Positions 9,181 to 18,644 of a stretch of DNA of 64,000 nt are shown in pieces (position 1 is the stretch's first letter; every line of letters begins with the position of its first letter). The notes beneath the pieces were generated by a model that saw only the letters and a list, made by a program, of their open reading frames with translations, was not told the DNA's origin and searched no databases. Origin of the DNA: an uncultured Chloroflexia bacterium (GTDB taxonomy: Bacteria > Chloroflexota > Limnocylindria > Limnocylindrales > CSP1-4); contig CAVXPZ010000003.1 in NCBI GenBank assembly GCA_963763775.1, forward strand, positions 544,001-608,000. Direction: 5' to 3'. Both the position numbers and the translations under genes were made by a program.

Positions 9181-10758
9181 TTGGATGCCCAGGAGATCAA
9201 GGCCGCGGTCGCCCATCAGGACGCGTCCCGCGCCATGAGCGAGGCACCGTTCGTCAATCGCGCCGACCCCGCCCGGATCCTCGGGCCGGACGGCCGGGCC
9301 GCGGTCAGCCGCCGGGCACCGATCTGGGCCGACGTCCCCGACGAGCAGTGGAACGACTGGCGCTGGCAGCTCAGCCATCGTGTCAATGATCTCGAGGAGA
9401 TCGAGCAGATCCTCGAGCTGACCGAGGAGGAGCGCGAGGGCCTGTCCGCGACCGACAAGTTCCGGGTCGACATCACGCCGTACTTCATCAGCCTCATCGA
9501 CCCGCAGGACCCGACGGATCCGATCCGTCGCCAGGTGATCCCGATCGGCCGGGAGCAGCAGGCCTTCACGGCGATGATGGAGGACTCCCTCGCGGAGGAC
9601 CGCCACTCGCCGGTCCCCGGACTCGTCCATCGCTACCCGGACCGCGTCCTGATGCTGGTCACCACGCAGTGCGCCTCGTACTGCCGCTACTGCACGCGGT
9701 CGCGGATCGTCGGCGACCCGACCCAGAACTTCAACCGCAAGGATCACGAGGCCCAGCTCGACTACCTGCGCCGGACGCCGCAGGTCCGCGACGTCCTGAT
9801 CTCCGGCGGCGACGGCCTGACGCTCGCGCCAAAGCTCTTCGAATCGATCCTCCGCGGCCTCCGCGAGATCCCCCACATCGAGATCATCCGGATCGGCTCG
9901 CGTGTGCCGGTCTTCCTGCCACAGCGGATCGACGACGAGCTGTGCGAGATGCTCGAGAAGTACCACCCGCTGTGGATCAACCTGCACTTCAACCACCCGA
10001 ACGAGATCACCCCCGAGGTGAGCCGTGCGGTCGACAAGCTCACGCGGGCCGGTCTCCCGGTCGGCAACCAGAGCGTGCTGCTGGCGGGCGTCAACGACTG
10101 CGTCCACATCCAGCGCTCGCTGGTCCACAAGCTCGTCGCGAACCGGATCCGCCCGTACTACCTCTACCAGTGCGACCTCGTCGAAGGGTCCGGGCATTTC
10201 CGGACGCCGGTCGGCAAGGGCCTCGAGATCATGGAGGGCCTGCGCGGCCACACGTCGGGCTACGCCGTGCCGACCTATGTGATCGACGCGCCCGGCGGCG
10301 GAGGCAAGATCCCGGTCATGCCGAACTACTTGATCAGCTATTCGGACCACAAGGTCGTGCTGCGCAACTACGAGGGCTACATCACGACCTACGAGGAGCC
10401 CGAGACCTACCAGAAACACGACACGATGGCGTGCGCGTACTGCCAGCACGAGCGCCCGGAGCCCGGCCAGTCCGGCGTCCTGGGGCTGCTCGAGGGCGAG
10501 CGCATGTGGATCGAGCCGAAGGGGTTCGAGGAGACCCATCGCCGCGGCAACACCGAGGCGCACCGGCTCCAGGACCCGTCGAAGTGGGTCCCGTTCGGCG
10601 TCGGCGCGATCGAGGGCACGGCTGGGACCGCCCTCCCCGTCCTCGAACCGGGCGAGGCCGCGGCGGGTGAAGCGCCGCCGCCGGTCTACGGGCCGGGCGA
10701 GGAACCGCGTCCGCGCGAGGGCGAGCCCACGGCCTCGGCGCACGGCGAGCTGCTCTAG
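9181..10758 (+). CDS. kamA: Lysine 2,3-aminomutase (KamA family radical SAM)
   Basis: WNDWRWQL, HRYPDRVL, CASYCRYCTRSR, NQSVLL, PYYLYQCD, GGGGKIP, C-terminal CAYC; GGAGG before the TTG start. Confidence 0.92.
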   Translation: MDAQEIKAAVAHQDASRAMSEAPFVNRADPARILGPDGRAAVSRRAPIWADVPDEQWNDWRWQLSHRVNDLEEIEQILELTEEEREGLSATDKFRVDITPYFISLIDPQDPTDPIRRQVIPIGREQQAFTAMMEDSLAEDRHSPVPGLVHRYPDRVLMLVTTQCASYCRYCTRSRIVGDPTQNFNRKDHEAQLDYLRRTPQVRDVLISGGDGLTLAPKLFESILRGLREIPHIEIIRIGSRVPVFLPQRIDDELCEMLEKYHPLWINLHFNHPNEITPEVSRAVDKLTRAGLPVGNQSVLLAGVNDCVHIQRSLVHKLVANRIRPYYLYQCDLVEGSGHFRTPVGKGLEIMEGLRGHTSGYAVPTYVIDAPGGGGKIPVMPNYLISYSDHKVVLRNYEGYITTYEEPETYQKHDTMACAYCQHERPEPGQSGVLGLLEGERMWIEPKGFEETHRRGNTEAHRLQDPSKWVPFGVGAIEGTAGTALPVLEPGEAAAGEAPPPVYGPGEEPRPREGEPTASAHGELL

Positions 10759-11081
10759 CCGGTCCCCTCGGCTCCGTCGCCACGGGGGCCGATCGGCCCG
10801 TTGAAGACGGGCTGAACGCCAAACGCCAGGGAGACGATGGCTCGGTAGTGTTGCGTTGGCGCACCAGCGCCACGGTGTCGGTCGCGGCCCAATCGCGACC
10901 AGACCAGGGGGTTCGCCGGCTCGTCGGCGACAGCCACGCACCCATCCGCGGCGTCACGCGCGCGCCAGATGGCGTACCTCCGCGTCCTGTCGAAGCCCAT
11001 CGGCGACATCGGACGCCGCGCGAGTGATCCGTCGACCTCGGCGCGTCGCGTCCAGGCATGGATCCTGTCTGGAGATCCCTC

Positions 11082-11531
11082 ATGCGCAAGTTCTTTGCGT
11101 CCGCGTTCGGGTTGACCGCCACGCTCGCGATCGTCGCGGGCCTGGTCTTCGCCTGGACCGGCACCGCCTCGGCGCCTGCCGGGGCGCCGTCGGTCATCGG
11201 GAGCGTGAACGTCTCCCTCGTGATCGACGCGTACACGGGCAGCCCGCTGCTGCCCAATGTCAACGTCAAGACCGCCTACGGACGGGTCGCCAATAGCACC
11301 GGCGTCCCCGTGGCGATGACGAGCGGCAACATCACGGGGATCAATGTCCCGGCGAACACCGGGTGCAATCCCTACGTGAGCGGCAGCGTGGTCATCACCA
11401 ACTCCGGTGCCATCGCCAACGGCAGCACCGGCGGAGGCTGGGATAGCTACCTGCAACTCGCTGGTGACACGCCAAATCCCTGTCAGGGGAAGGGCGTCGA
11501 CTACACCATCAACGTCAACGTGACGACCTAG
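11082..11531 (+). CDS. Secreted SipW-cognate, TasA/CalY-like small protein
   Basis: Signal peptide ending LVFA-WTGTA, beta-rich Asn/Thr/Gly/Val body, C-terminal NPCQG followed by an alternating terminal strand. Adjacent to a SipW-type peptidase. Confidence 0.7.
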   Translation: MRKFFASAFGLTATLAIVAGLVFAWTGTASAPAGAPSVIGSVNVSLVIDAYTGSPLLPNVNVKTAYGRVANSTGVPVAMTSGNITGINVPANTGCNPYVSGSVVITNSGAIANGSTGGGWDSYLQLAGDTPNPCQGKGVDYTINVNVTT

Positions 11532-11610
11532 CGTCGCGACCAAGGACCGGGCGGCGTTGCTGCGCCGTCCGGTCCGACGGTTCGACGCCTCGACCCCAGG
11601 GATGACACCC

Positions 11611-12171
11611 ATGCTCACCATGCTCCGACGGCTCCTCGACATCCTCGCCGGACTGATCCTCGGCCTCGCGGTCGTGGTGCTGGTCGCCACCCAGATATTC
11701 GGGTATCGGCTCGCCTCGATCGCGTCGGACAGCATGGTGCCCGCGCTAGCTCGCGGGGACCTCATCCTGACACGCCCGGTCCCGATCGGCGACGTGAAGC
11801 ATGAGGACATCGTCCTCTTCCAGACCGGGGTGACCACCCCGATCCTCGTGGCGCACCGGGTCGCGAACATCATCACCGTCAACCTCAACGTGACCAATTC
11901 GAAGACGGGCGTGACCCACACCGAGCAGACGAAGCTGCTCCGGACCAAGGGGGACGCGAACGCGCTCGTCGATCCTGACCCGGTCGACGCCGACCACTAC
12001 CGAGGCCTGCTGTGGGTCACGGTCCCGGGGGCCGGGTCGTTGCTCGCGTCGCCACTCCCGTTCCTGCTGATCGCCATCGGGCTCGGACTGCTCTGGGTGG
12101 TCTACGAGATCGTCGATCGGGGCCGACGGACACGGACTCGAGCCACGGACGGACCGGAGGCGAGCGGATGA
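11611..12171 (+). CDS. sipW: Signal peptidase I, SipW/ER type
   Basis: SDSMVP (catalytic Ser), GDLI, AHRV (His), TKGDAN, N- and C-terminal TM helices. Confidence 0.88.
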   Translation: MLTMLRRLLDILAGLILGLAVVVLVATQIFGYRLASIASDSMVPALARGDLILTRPVPIGDVKHEDIVLFQTGVTTPILVAHRVANIITVNLNVTNSKTGVTHTEQTKLLRTKGDANALVDPDPVDADHYRGLLWVTVPGAGSLLASPLPFLLIAIGLGLLWVVYEIVDRGRRTRTRATDGPEASG

Positions 12172-13202
12172 GGTCCTCCCGGCGGCTGGCCCTGGTGTCC
12201 GCGCTCCTCGCGCTCCTCGCGTCGTCGATCGTCGGCGCGTTCGCGTGGACCGGGACGGCCCACGGGACGCCCGGTCAGGCGCTGATCGGCACCTGGGCCA
12301 CCCCGTCGTCGATCCCCGAGGCGTGCCGGGGCATGACCTTCAAGGACGTCATCGTCGGGACGCCCGGTGACGACCACCTCGTTGCCCGGAACCGCGGGGC
12401 GTTGATCTTCGGCCTCGGCGGCGATGACACCATCGATGGCGGGAACGCCAAGGACTGCATCGTCGGTGGGGACGGCGACGATCGCCTGCAAGGCGGTAAC
12501 GGCAAGGACGTGCTGTTGGGCGAAGCGGGTGACGACGTGATCCGCGGCGGGAACGGCGGCGATCTCGTGGTCGGCGGAGATGGTGACGACCTCCTGTTCG
12601 GCGACGACCGATCTGACCCCGACCACGACGGCGGACACGATCGCGACGGCCCGGCGCATGGCGGCGACCGCGACACCCTGGACGGTGGACCCGGGACGGA
12701 CCGCTGCATCGGGTCGCGGAACGACACGTACATCAGCTGCGAGCGAGACCATCATCCTGGCGACGACGCCGGCAAGGACGGTCCCCAGGACAACCTCGCG
12801 CCGGTGCCGGGTGAGGCCGGCAGTGACGAGCCCGGCGACGACCCGTCGGCATCCGAAACGCCCGGATCGACGGACGAGGCACCGCCGGGCGACGAGGCAC
12901 CTCCAGGCGACGAGGCAGGCGGGGACGACGGATCCGCGCCGGCTGGCGATGCGGATCCCACCCCAGGCGCCGTCGATCCACCGCCGACATCGGGCGACGA
13001 GCCGGCGGCCACGCCGGTCGCGACCCAGGATCCGGTTGCGACGCCCGAGGCGACGTCCGCGCCGACGTCCGAGCCCACGCCGACACCCGACCCGACCCCC
13101 GAGACCGAGCCGGCGCGAACACCGGAACCGACCGTCGCGCCGACGTCCGAGCCCACGCCGACGCCCGACCCGACCCCCACGACTGAGCCGGCCGCTCCCT
13201 GA
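12168..13202 (+). CDS. Secreted RTX (hemolysin-type Ca-binding repeat) protein with SipW-cognate N-terminus and Pro/Thr/Glu-rich tail
   Basis: Signal peptide ending GAFA-WTGTA, about 9 GGxGxD nonapeptides, low-complexity acidic tail. ATGA-coupled to sipW. Confidence 0.85.
   Translation: MRSSRRLALVSALLALLASSIVGAFAWTGTAHGTPGQALIGTWATPSSIPEACRGMTFKDVIVGTPGDDHLVARNRGALIFGLGGDDTIDGGNAKDCIVGGDGDDRLQGGNGKDVLLGEAGDDVIRGGNGGDLVVGGDGDDLLFGDDRSDPDHDGGHDRDGPAHGGDRDTLDGGPGTDRCIGSRNDTYISCERDHHPGDDAGKDGPQDNLAPVPGEAGSDEPGDDPSASETPGSTDEAPPGDEAPPGDEAGGDDGSAPAGDADPTPGAVDPPPTSGDEPAATPVATQDPVATPEATSAPTSEPTPTPDPTPETEPARTPEPTVAPTSEPTPTPDPTPTTEPAAP
13059..13193 (+). repeat. Intragenic direct repeat, about 57 bp twice (period 78), encoding APTSEPTPTPDPTPxTEPA
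   Basis: GCGCCGACGTCCGAGCCCACGCCGAC.CCCGACCCGACCCCC at 13059 and 13137. Confidence 0.85.
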
Positions 13203-13259
13203 CCGCCGGCTCGGGTCGTCCGGGGGCCACGCGGCCGGTCCGGCTAGACTCCGCGCCTG

Positions 13260-13523
13260 ATGAGCACGAAGAAGCGCCGGCCCGTCGGGCAGACCCTCGG
13301 CGGGATCATCGTCGGCCTGGACTACCAGATCTTCCGGGTCGGCAAGCCGCCGGCCGAGATGGTCGAGTCCGCGAAGCCGATCGCCCCGGTCGCCGCGTCG
13401 GGTGGCGGCACGCTCGACATCGACCTCCCGCCGCTCGGAGAGCGTTCGGCTGACGCCCGCGACGAGGCCGAGGAGGTCCGCGAGGCCGATGAGAGCGACG
13501 AGGGCCTGTCCGCGCCTACTTGA
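13260..13523 (+). CDS. Small hypothetical protein
   Basis: 87 aa, TAGACT -10 just upstream; GGIIVGLDYQIFR core with an acidic tail. Confidence 0.6.
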   Translation: MSTKKRRPVGQTLGGIIVGLDYQIFRVGKPPAEMVESAKPIAPVAASGGGTLDIDLPPLGERSADARDEAEEVREADESDEGLSAPT

Positions 13524-14883
13524 TCGAGGCGACCAGGGCGAGGGCTCGGGCGAGCTGCGGGTCCGCGATCGTGTCGACGCCGGCGGGGGTCAGGGCCTTC
13601 ACCTGGTCGGGGGTGAGCGCCGCGACGTCGGTCGCACGCTCGACCGCCACATCGGGCTTGATCCCCTCATGCCAGATCCGGCGACCGTTCGGCGTCAGCC
13701 ACTCGACGGTCCCGATCCGCAGAGCAGATCCGTCCGACAAGGGGAACTCGCCGAGCACCGTCCCGGTCCCGTACGTCTGGACGCCCTCGATCGTCGCCCG
13801 ACCGGCGTCCTGGAGCGCCCCCGACAGGATCTCGGCGGAGCTGGCCGTGCCGCCGTCCACCAGTACCACGAGCGGCAGGTCGTAGGCGACGCCGTCCGGG
13901 GAGACCGGGTGCCGCGTCTCGTTGCCGTCCGCGTCCCGTTCCACGTAGACATCGCCGGTCTTGATGAACTGGCTGGCGATCCCGACGGCCTCGTTCACGT
14001 AGCCGCCCGGATTGCCGCGGAGGTCGAGGATCAGCCGATCCGCGCCGGCCGTCTTGATCGCCTTCAGCGCCGTGACCACCTCGTCCGCGGAGCCGCTCGA
14101 GAACGAGTCCAGGCGCAGCAGCGCGGTCTTCGTGCCGGGCACCATGGTCCACGAGACGGATGTCACGGGGACCGCGGCACGGACGATCTTGTACGTGCGC
14201 TCCGGGCCGTCGGTGCCGTTCTGGACGACGACGGTCACGGTCGAGCCGGCTTCGCCGCGGACCCACCCGGCCACCTCGTCGATGGTCTTGCCCGTCGTGG
14301 ACTTGCCGTCGACCGAGACCATGATGTCGCCGGTGCGCACGCCCGCGGTCGCGGCCGGGCTGCCGTCGAAGACCCCGACCACCATCGGCCGGCCGTCCTT
14401 GGCCGGATCGATGCGGACGCCGATGCCGACGTAGGAGCCGGAGAGGTCCTGCGCGCGGGCGGCCCGCTCCTCGGGGGTGAGGAACGAGGTGTGGCCCGTG
14501 TCGCCGACCGCCTGGGTCAGGCCGTCGATGGCGCCGTAGACCAGCTTCTGGTCGTCGAGCTCGCTGCGCGCGACGTACTCCTTGTGGAGCGTGTCCCACG
14601 CTTCCTTGAACAGCCCGAGCTCGGAGGAGGCCGTCGGGCCCGAGGCGGCCGCGTCGCCAGTCGCAGAGGAATTGGCGACGCGTCCGACCCCGATCCCGAC
14701 GGTGAACGTCGCGACGAGCGCGGCCACGATGACCGCTCGACGGGCCCACGACCGGCGTCGACGACCGGCCGCCGGTGACGCCGGCGCCAGGGAGGGGCCG
14801 GATCCGATGGAAGTCGGGTCCGGTGGTCCGGCGTCGATGGTCGGTTCGGTCGGGATCCGGGCGGGGTCCGAAGAGGGCAGCAT
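13516..14883 (-). CDS. ctpA: S41 family C-terminal processing peptidase (PDZ)
   Basis: YVGIG PDZ loop, LDLRGNPGG, TASSAEI, GIKPD; N-terminal TM anchor. Confidence 0.92.
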   Translation of the reverse strand: MLPSSDPARIPTEPTIDAGPPDPTSIGSGPSLAPASPAAGRRRRSWARRAVIVAALVATFTVGIGVGRVANSSATGDAAASGPTASSELGLFKEAWDTLHKEYVARSELDDQKLVYGAIDGLTQAVGDTGHTSFLTPEERAARAQDLSGSYVGIGVRIDPAKDGRPMVVGVFDGSPAATAGVRTGDIMVSVDGKSTTGKTIDEVAGWVRGEAGSTVTVVVQNGTDGPERTYKIVRAAVPVTSVSWTMVPGTKTALLRLDSFSSGSADEVVTALKAIKTAGADRLILDLRGNPGGYVNEAVGIASQFIKTGDVYVERDADGNETRHPVSPDGVAYDLPLVVLVDGGTASSAEILSGALQDAGRATIEGVQTYGTGTVLGEFPLSDGSALRIGTVEWLTPNGRRIWHEGIKPDVAVERATDVAALTPDQVKALTPAGVDTIADPQLARALALVASIK

Positions 14884-15100
14884 GGCTCACAAGTCGTGAC
14901 GATCGGTCGACCCGCCTGCGCGGGACGACACCGGACCTCTGCCCGGTCACGACAGCATGACGCGCTTCGGTTTTGGATGGGTCGCGGAGAAGGTGAAGGT
15001 TCGTTCGCTCGTCGGCGAGGCCTCGGCGGGGTCGCGACCGGGGCCGCGGAGGCGCCGGCGTTGGCGACCGCGCGAGACCTCGTGCTAGGCTTCCGGGCCT

Positions 15101-15125
15101 AATCCCTAGTGAACCAGTCGGAGAT
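15101..15125. promoter_or_regulatory. IscR/CymR-like (Rrf2) operator candidate AATCCCTAGT-GAACC-AGTCGGAGAT
   Basis: Imperfect CCxAxT-N5-AGTxGG palindrome directly downstream of the extended -10 TGcTAGGCT, upstream of a sulfurtransferase operon. Confidence 0.5.
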
Positions 15126-15134
15126 CGACGCCCC

Positions 15135-15606
15135 GTGACCGACGCCCCGGCCAGCATCACCCGTCCCGACCGTCGCCGTGGGCCTCGGCGCCCTGCGGGC
15201 CGCGCCCGCCGGGCTGCCCGATCCGGCGATCACGCCGCCGATCATCGGCGAGGCCGGCGACCCGTTCACGTCGGTCCGGGTCATCGACCTGCTGGCCAGG
15301 ATCGAGCGCGGCCGGCCGACGCGTCTCGCCGACATCGCCGACCGGCTCGATGCGACCTATCTCGACTGGCTCTTCCCGGTGCCGGTCGTCGCCGCGGTCA
15401 TCCTGCAGCTCCAGGCGAACTGGATGGCCGACTACCGCAACAGCGCCGGCATCGTCGTCGAGGACGGCCCGCTCGGCCCGATCGTGACGATCGAGGACTC
15501 GAGCCGCGTCGATCCCTGGATCGTCCGGCAGGCGCAACGCGAAGCCGCGTCGTGTACCGAGCGGCTCGCCGAGTTCAGCCGTCGCGACCGACCGTCCGGC
15601 GACTGA
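15135..15606 (+). CDS. Hypothetical protein (probable frameshift near 15165; intact ORF 15178-15606)
   Basis: GGAG then GTG at 15135; the coding-like frame continues in ORF 15178-15606. Confidence 0.6.
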
Positions 15607-15687
15607 GTCCGAGCCGCGACCCCGGCCCGACCCGCCACGGCACGCCACCACCGGCCCGTGCCGGCCGACACCACAGGAAGGGAACCC

Positions 15688-16552
15688 ATGAGCACCGGTT
15701 ACGCCACCACGCAGAGCCTCGTCGACGCCACCTGGGCCCAGGCCCACCTCGACGACCCGAACGTCCGCTTCGTCGAAGTCGACGTCGACACCACCGCCTA
15801 CGACCAGAGCCACCTGCCGGGCGCCGTCGGCTGGGACTGGACGAGCCAGCTCGCCGACGGGATCCGCCGCGACATCGCGAGCCGCGAGGACTTCAGCGCG
15901 CTGCTGTCCGCGTCCGGGATCGGTCCCGACACGACGATCGTCCTCTACGGCGACAACAACAACTGGTTCGCGGCCTGGGCGTTCTGGCAGCTGAAGCTGT
16001 ACGGCCACGAGGATGTCCGCATCCTCGACGGCGGGCGCAAGTACTGGCTCGACAACGGCCTCCCGCTGACGGTGGACGAGCCCGACCACGCCCCGACCGG
16101 CTACCAGCTCCCCGAGCCGGACTTCAGCCTCCGCGCCTTCCGCGACGACATCCTGCCGCGGCTCGACGACGAGGGCCTCGCGCTCGTCGACGTCCGCAGT
16201 CCCGCCGAGTTCAACGGCGAGATCATCGCCCCTCCGGGCATGAGCGAGACCGCCCAGCGCGCCGGGACACATCCCCGGGGCGGCGTCCGTGCCATGGGCG
16301 CAGACCGTCCGCGAGGACGGGACGTTCAAGAGCGCCGACGAGCTCGCCGCGCTCTACGAGGCCAAGGGCGTGACGCCCGACAAGGACGTCATCGCCTACT
16401 GCCGGATCGGCGAGCGCAGCAGCCACACGTGGTTCGTGCTCCACGAGCTGCTCGGCTACAAGCGGGTCCGCAACTACGACGGCAGCTGGACCGAGTGGGG
16501 CAGCCTCATCGGCGTGCCGATCGAGAAGCCGGCCGCCGTCGCGGTCAGCTGA
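15688..16552 (+). CDS. Tandem-domain sulfurtransferase (rhodanese, CysA/SseA-like), frameshift near 16265
   Basis: [39 protein letters not shown]. An extra G in GCCGGGACAC breaks GHIPGA. Confidence 0.92.
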
Positions 16553-16585
16553 CCGCCTGAGCCTTCGGCCGGCCGTCGGGTCGCC

Positions 16586-17429
16586 CTAGAGGAAGCCCGG
16601 GTTCGGCAGCAGCCGGACCGGGTCGACGAGGTCCGGATCGCTCGCGCACCACGGGTCGCGATCCACGATCCGGATCCCGCCATCCAGCAGCGTGGCGATG
16701 GCCGGGTGCGGACCCGGCACGCACGCGGTCACTCGGCCACCGTCCGGCGCGGCGGCGTGCCACGCCCCGATCGTCGCCGCGACCGAGTCCGCGTCCGGCG
16801 CGATGCTGACGTGGTCGATCCAGCGACCCGGACTCGTCCGGGCGCGCCGCGCCCATCCGACCGCGGCCACCGCCCCGTCGAGCCGCACGGCGAACCCGTC
16901 GGCGTCCGGCAAGGTGGCGTAGTGGGCGAAGTCCACGGTCCGGTCGACGCCCGTCCACGTCCGCGACCAGCCGGCCGTCGCCTCGACCGTCGCCGCCTCG
17001 ACGGTCATCCCCGGGTCCCGCGGCCCGAGCCCCGAGGACGCTGCCGACCAGGTAGAGGAGCGTCCACCACGGGCGCATGCCCGCCCGGATGTACAGCCCG
17101 AGCGCCCGGTCGTCGGCCGAGCTGAACGTCATCCGAGCCGTCGCGCCGTCGAGCGCAGCGTCCAGCAGCGCCCGTCCGGCGCCGCGTTGCTGGCGGGCCG
17201 GGTCGACGAACAGGTCGGTCAGGAATTGGGCGCCGCCGATATCGATCGAGCCGGCGAACCCCGCCACGCCGCCGTCGTCCTCGACGACGACGACACGTGC
17301 CCGCACGATGAGGTGCTCGAGATACGGATACCCGGGCAGATCGGGCCAGCCGATGGGCTCGCCGGTCGCCGCGAGGACCGCCGCGATCGCCGGGATGTCG
17401 GCCGCGGTCGCCGGCCGGACCGGGGTCAC
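16586..17429 (-). CDS. Tandem GNAT family acetyltransferase, frameshift near 17030
   Basis: VRPATAADI, LFVDPARQQRGAGRALL; the second half continues in ORF 16586-17008. GTGA-coupled to dmpA. Confidence 0.75.
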
Positions 17430-18592
17430 GTCGGGCCGGCGGGTCGGCCGAACCGGGCCATCGTCTCGAGCAATCGGTCGTGCGGCAGGGCGTGCGCCGT
17501 CACGCCGTCGCGGCCCACCATGGTCTCGGCCGCGACGAGGGCGTTGACGATCGCCTCCTCGGTCGCCTCGATGGTCGCGTCGAAGAGCGGGTCGATCGCG
17601 CGGTCCGCGACCATCCGGACGTCGACGGTCCCGCCGCCCTCGGCCTCCGGCGAGAGCGACGGCAGCCCGCGATTGCCGGTGGCCCACGCGAGGAAGAGGT
17701 CGCCCGAGTAGTTCCCGGCGGTGCTGCCCACGCGGGCGAGGCCCAGGCCGGCGCGTTGGGCCAGGCGCTCGCACTGGTGCGGCAGGAGCGGCGCGTCCGT
17801 GGCGACCAGGATGATGATCGAGCCGCGCTCGCCGGGGCCCGAGGCGCTCGCCGCGCGGCGACGGGCGGCGTCGGCCACGTCCGCCGCCTCGTGCGGGGAG
17901 GGGAACTCGCCCTTCGGGATGGCCTCGCCGACCGGCACGCCGTCGACGCGGAGCCATTCGCGTCGCCCGTAGTTCGCCTGGACGAGGACCCCGACCGTCC
18001 AGCCGCCCTGGGCCTCGTCCACGACCCGCGACGCCGTGCCGATCCCGCCCTTGAACTCGTGGCAGACCATGCCCGTGCCGCCACCCACGCCGCCCTCGGC
18101 GACCGGGCCGCTCGCCGCGGCGGCGAGCGCGGCGCGGACGTGCTCCGCGCGGACGTGGAAGCCGTTGATGTCGTTGAGGGAGCCGTCGTACGTCTCGCCG
18201 ACGACCGGGAGCGACCAGAACGACGAGCCGTCGGGGGCCGCGGCGACCGCCTCCGAGATCAGGGCGTCATGGACGACGCCGACGCTGTGCGTGTTCGTGA
18301 GGCCCACCGGTCCGCCGAGCAACCCGGATTCGCGGATCCACTCGAGCCCGGTCAGCTCGCCGTTGCCGTTGAGCCGGTGCGCGCCGGCGAACACCGGCTC
18401 CGACCAGGGCGCACCGCCGTGCGGCACCACGACCGTGACCCCGGTCCGGACCGGGCCGGTGCCCGCGACGAGCGGCCCGTGCCCGCTGATGAGCGTCGTG
18501 TGCCCGACGCGGACGCCGGCGACATCGGTGATGGCGTTGTGCGGTCCCGGGCGGCCGCGTCCGATGACGATCCCGAGGTCTCGTGCTCGCAT
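17426..18592 (-). CDS. dmpA: P1/S58 family peptidase (DmpA-like aminopeptidase)
   Basis: NAITDVAGVRVGH, LNGNGELTG, VGGGTGM, FKGGIGTASR, GSII autoproteolysis site, SGD. Confidence 0.93.
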   Translation of the reverse strand: MRARDLGIVIGRGRPGPHNAITDVAGVRVGHTTLISGHGPLVAGTGPVRTGVTVVVPHGGAPWSEPVFAGAHRLNGNGELTGLEWIRESGLLGGPVGLTNTHSVGVVHDALISEAVAAAPDGSSFWSLPVVGETYDGSLNDINGFHVRAEHVRAALAAAASGPVAEGGVGGGTGMVCHEFKGGIGTASRVVDEAQGGWTVGVLVQANYGRREWLRVDGVPVGEAIPKGEFPSPHEAADVADAARRRAASASGPGERGSIIILVATDAPLLPHQCERLAQRAGLGLARVGSTAGNYSGDLFLAWATGNRGLPSLSPEAEGGGTVDVRMVADRAIDPLFDATIEATEEAIVNALVAAETMVGRDGVTAHALPHDRLLETMARFGRPAGPT

Positions 18593-18644
18593 CGCGCGAT
18601 GCTACCGGGCCGACGCCGTCGCCGACCGGCCGTATCATCCGGCG

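Noticed and set aside
12870-13200. Direct repeats that might suggest a CRISPR array or mobile element
   Set aside because: Only two or three in-frame copies encoding Pro/Thr-rich linker peptides; no spacers and no cas genes.
15688-16552. Programmed frameshifting or phase variation in rhodanese and other split genes
   Set aside because: Indels are scattered over many unrelated genes at short G/C runs with no slippery-site pattern; sequencing error is more parsimonious.
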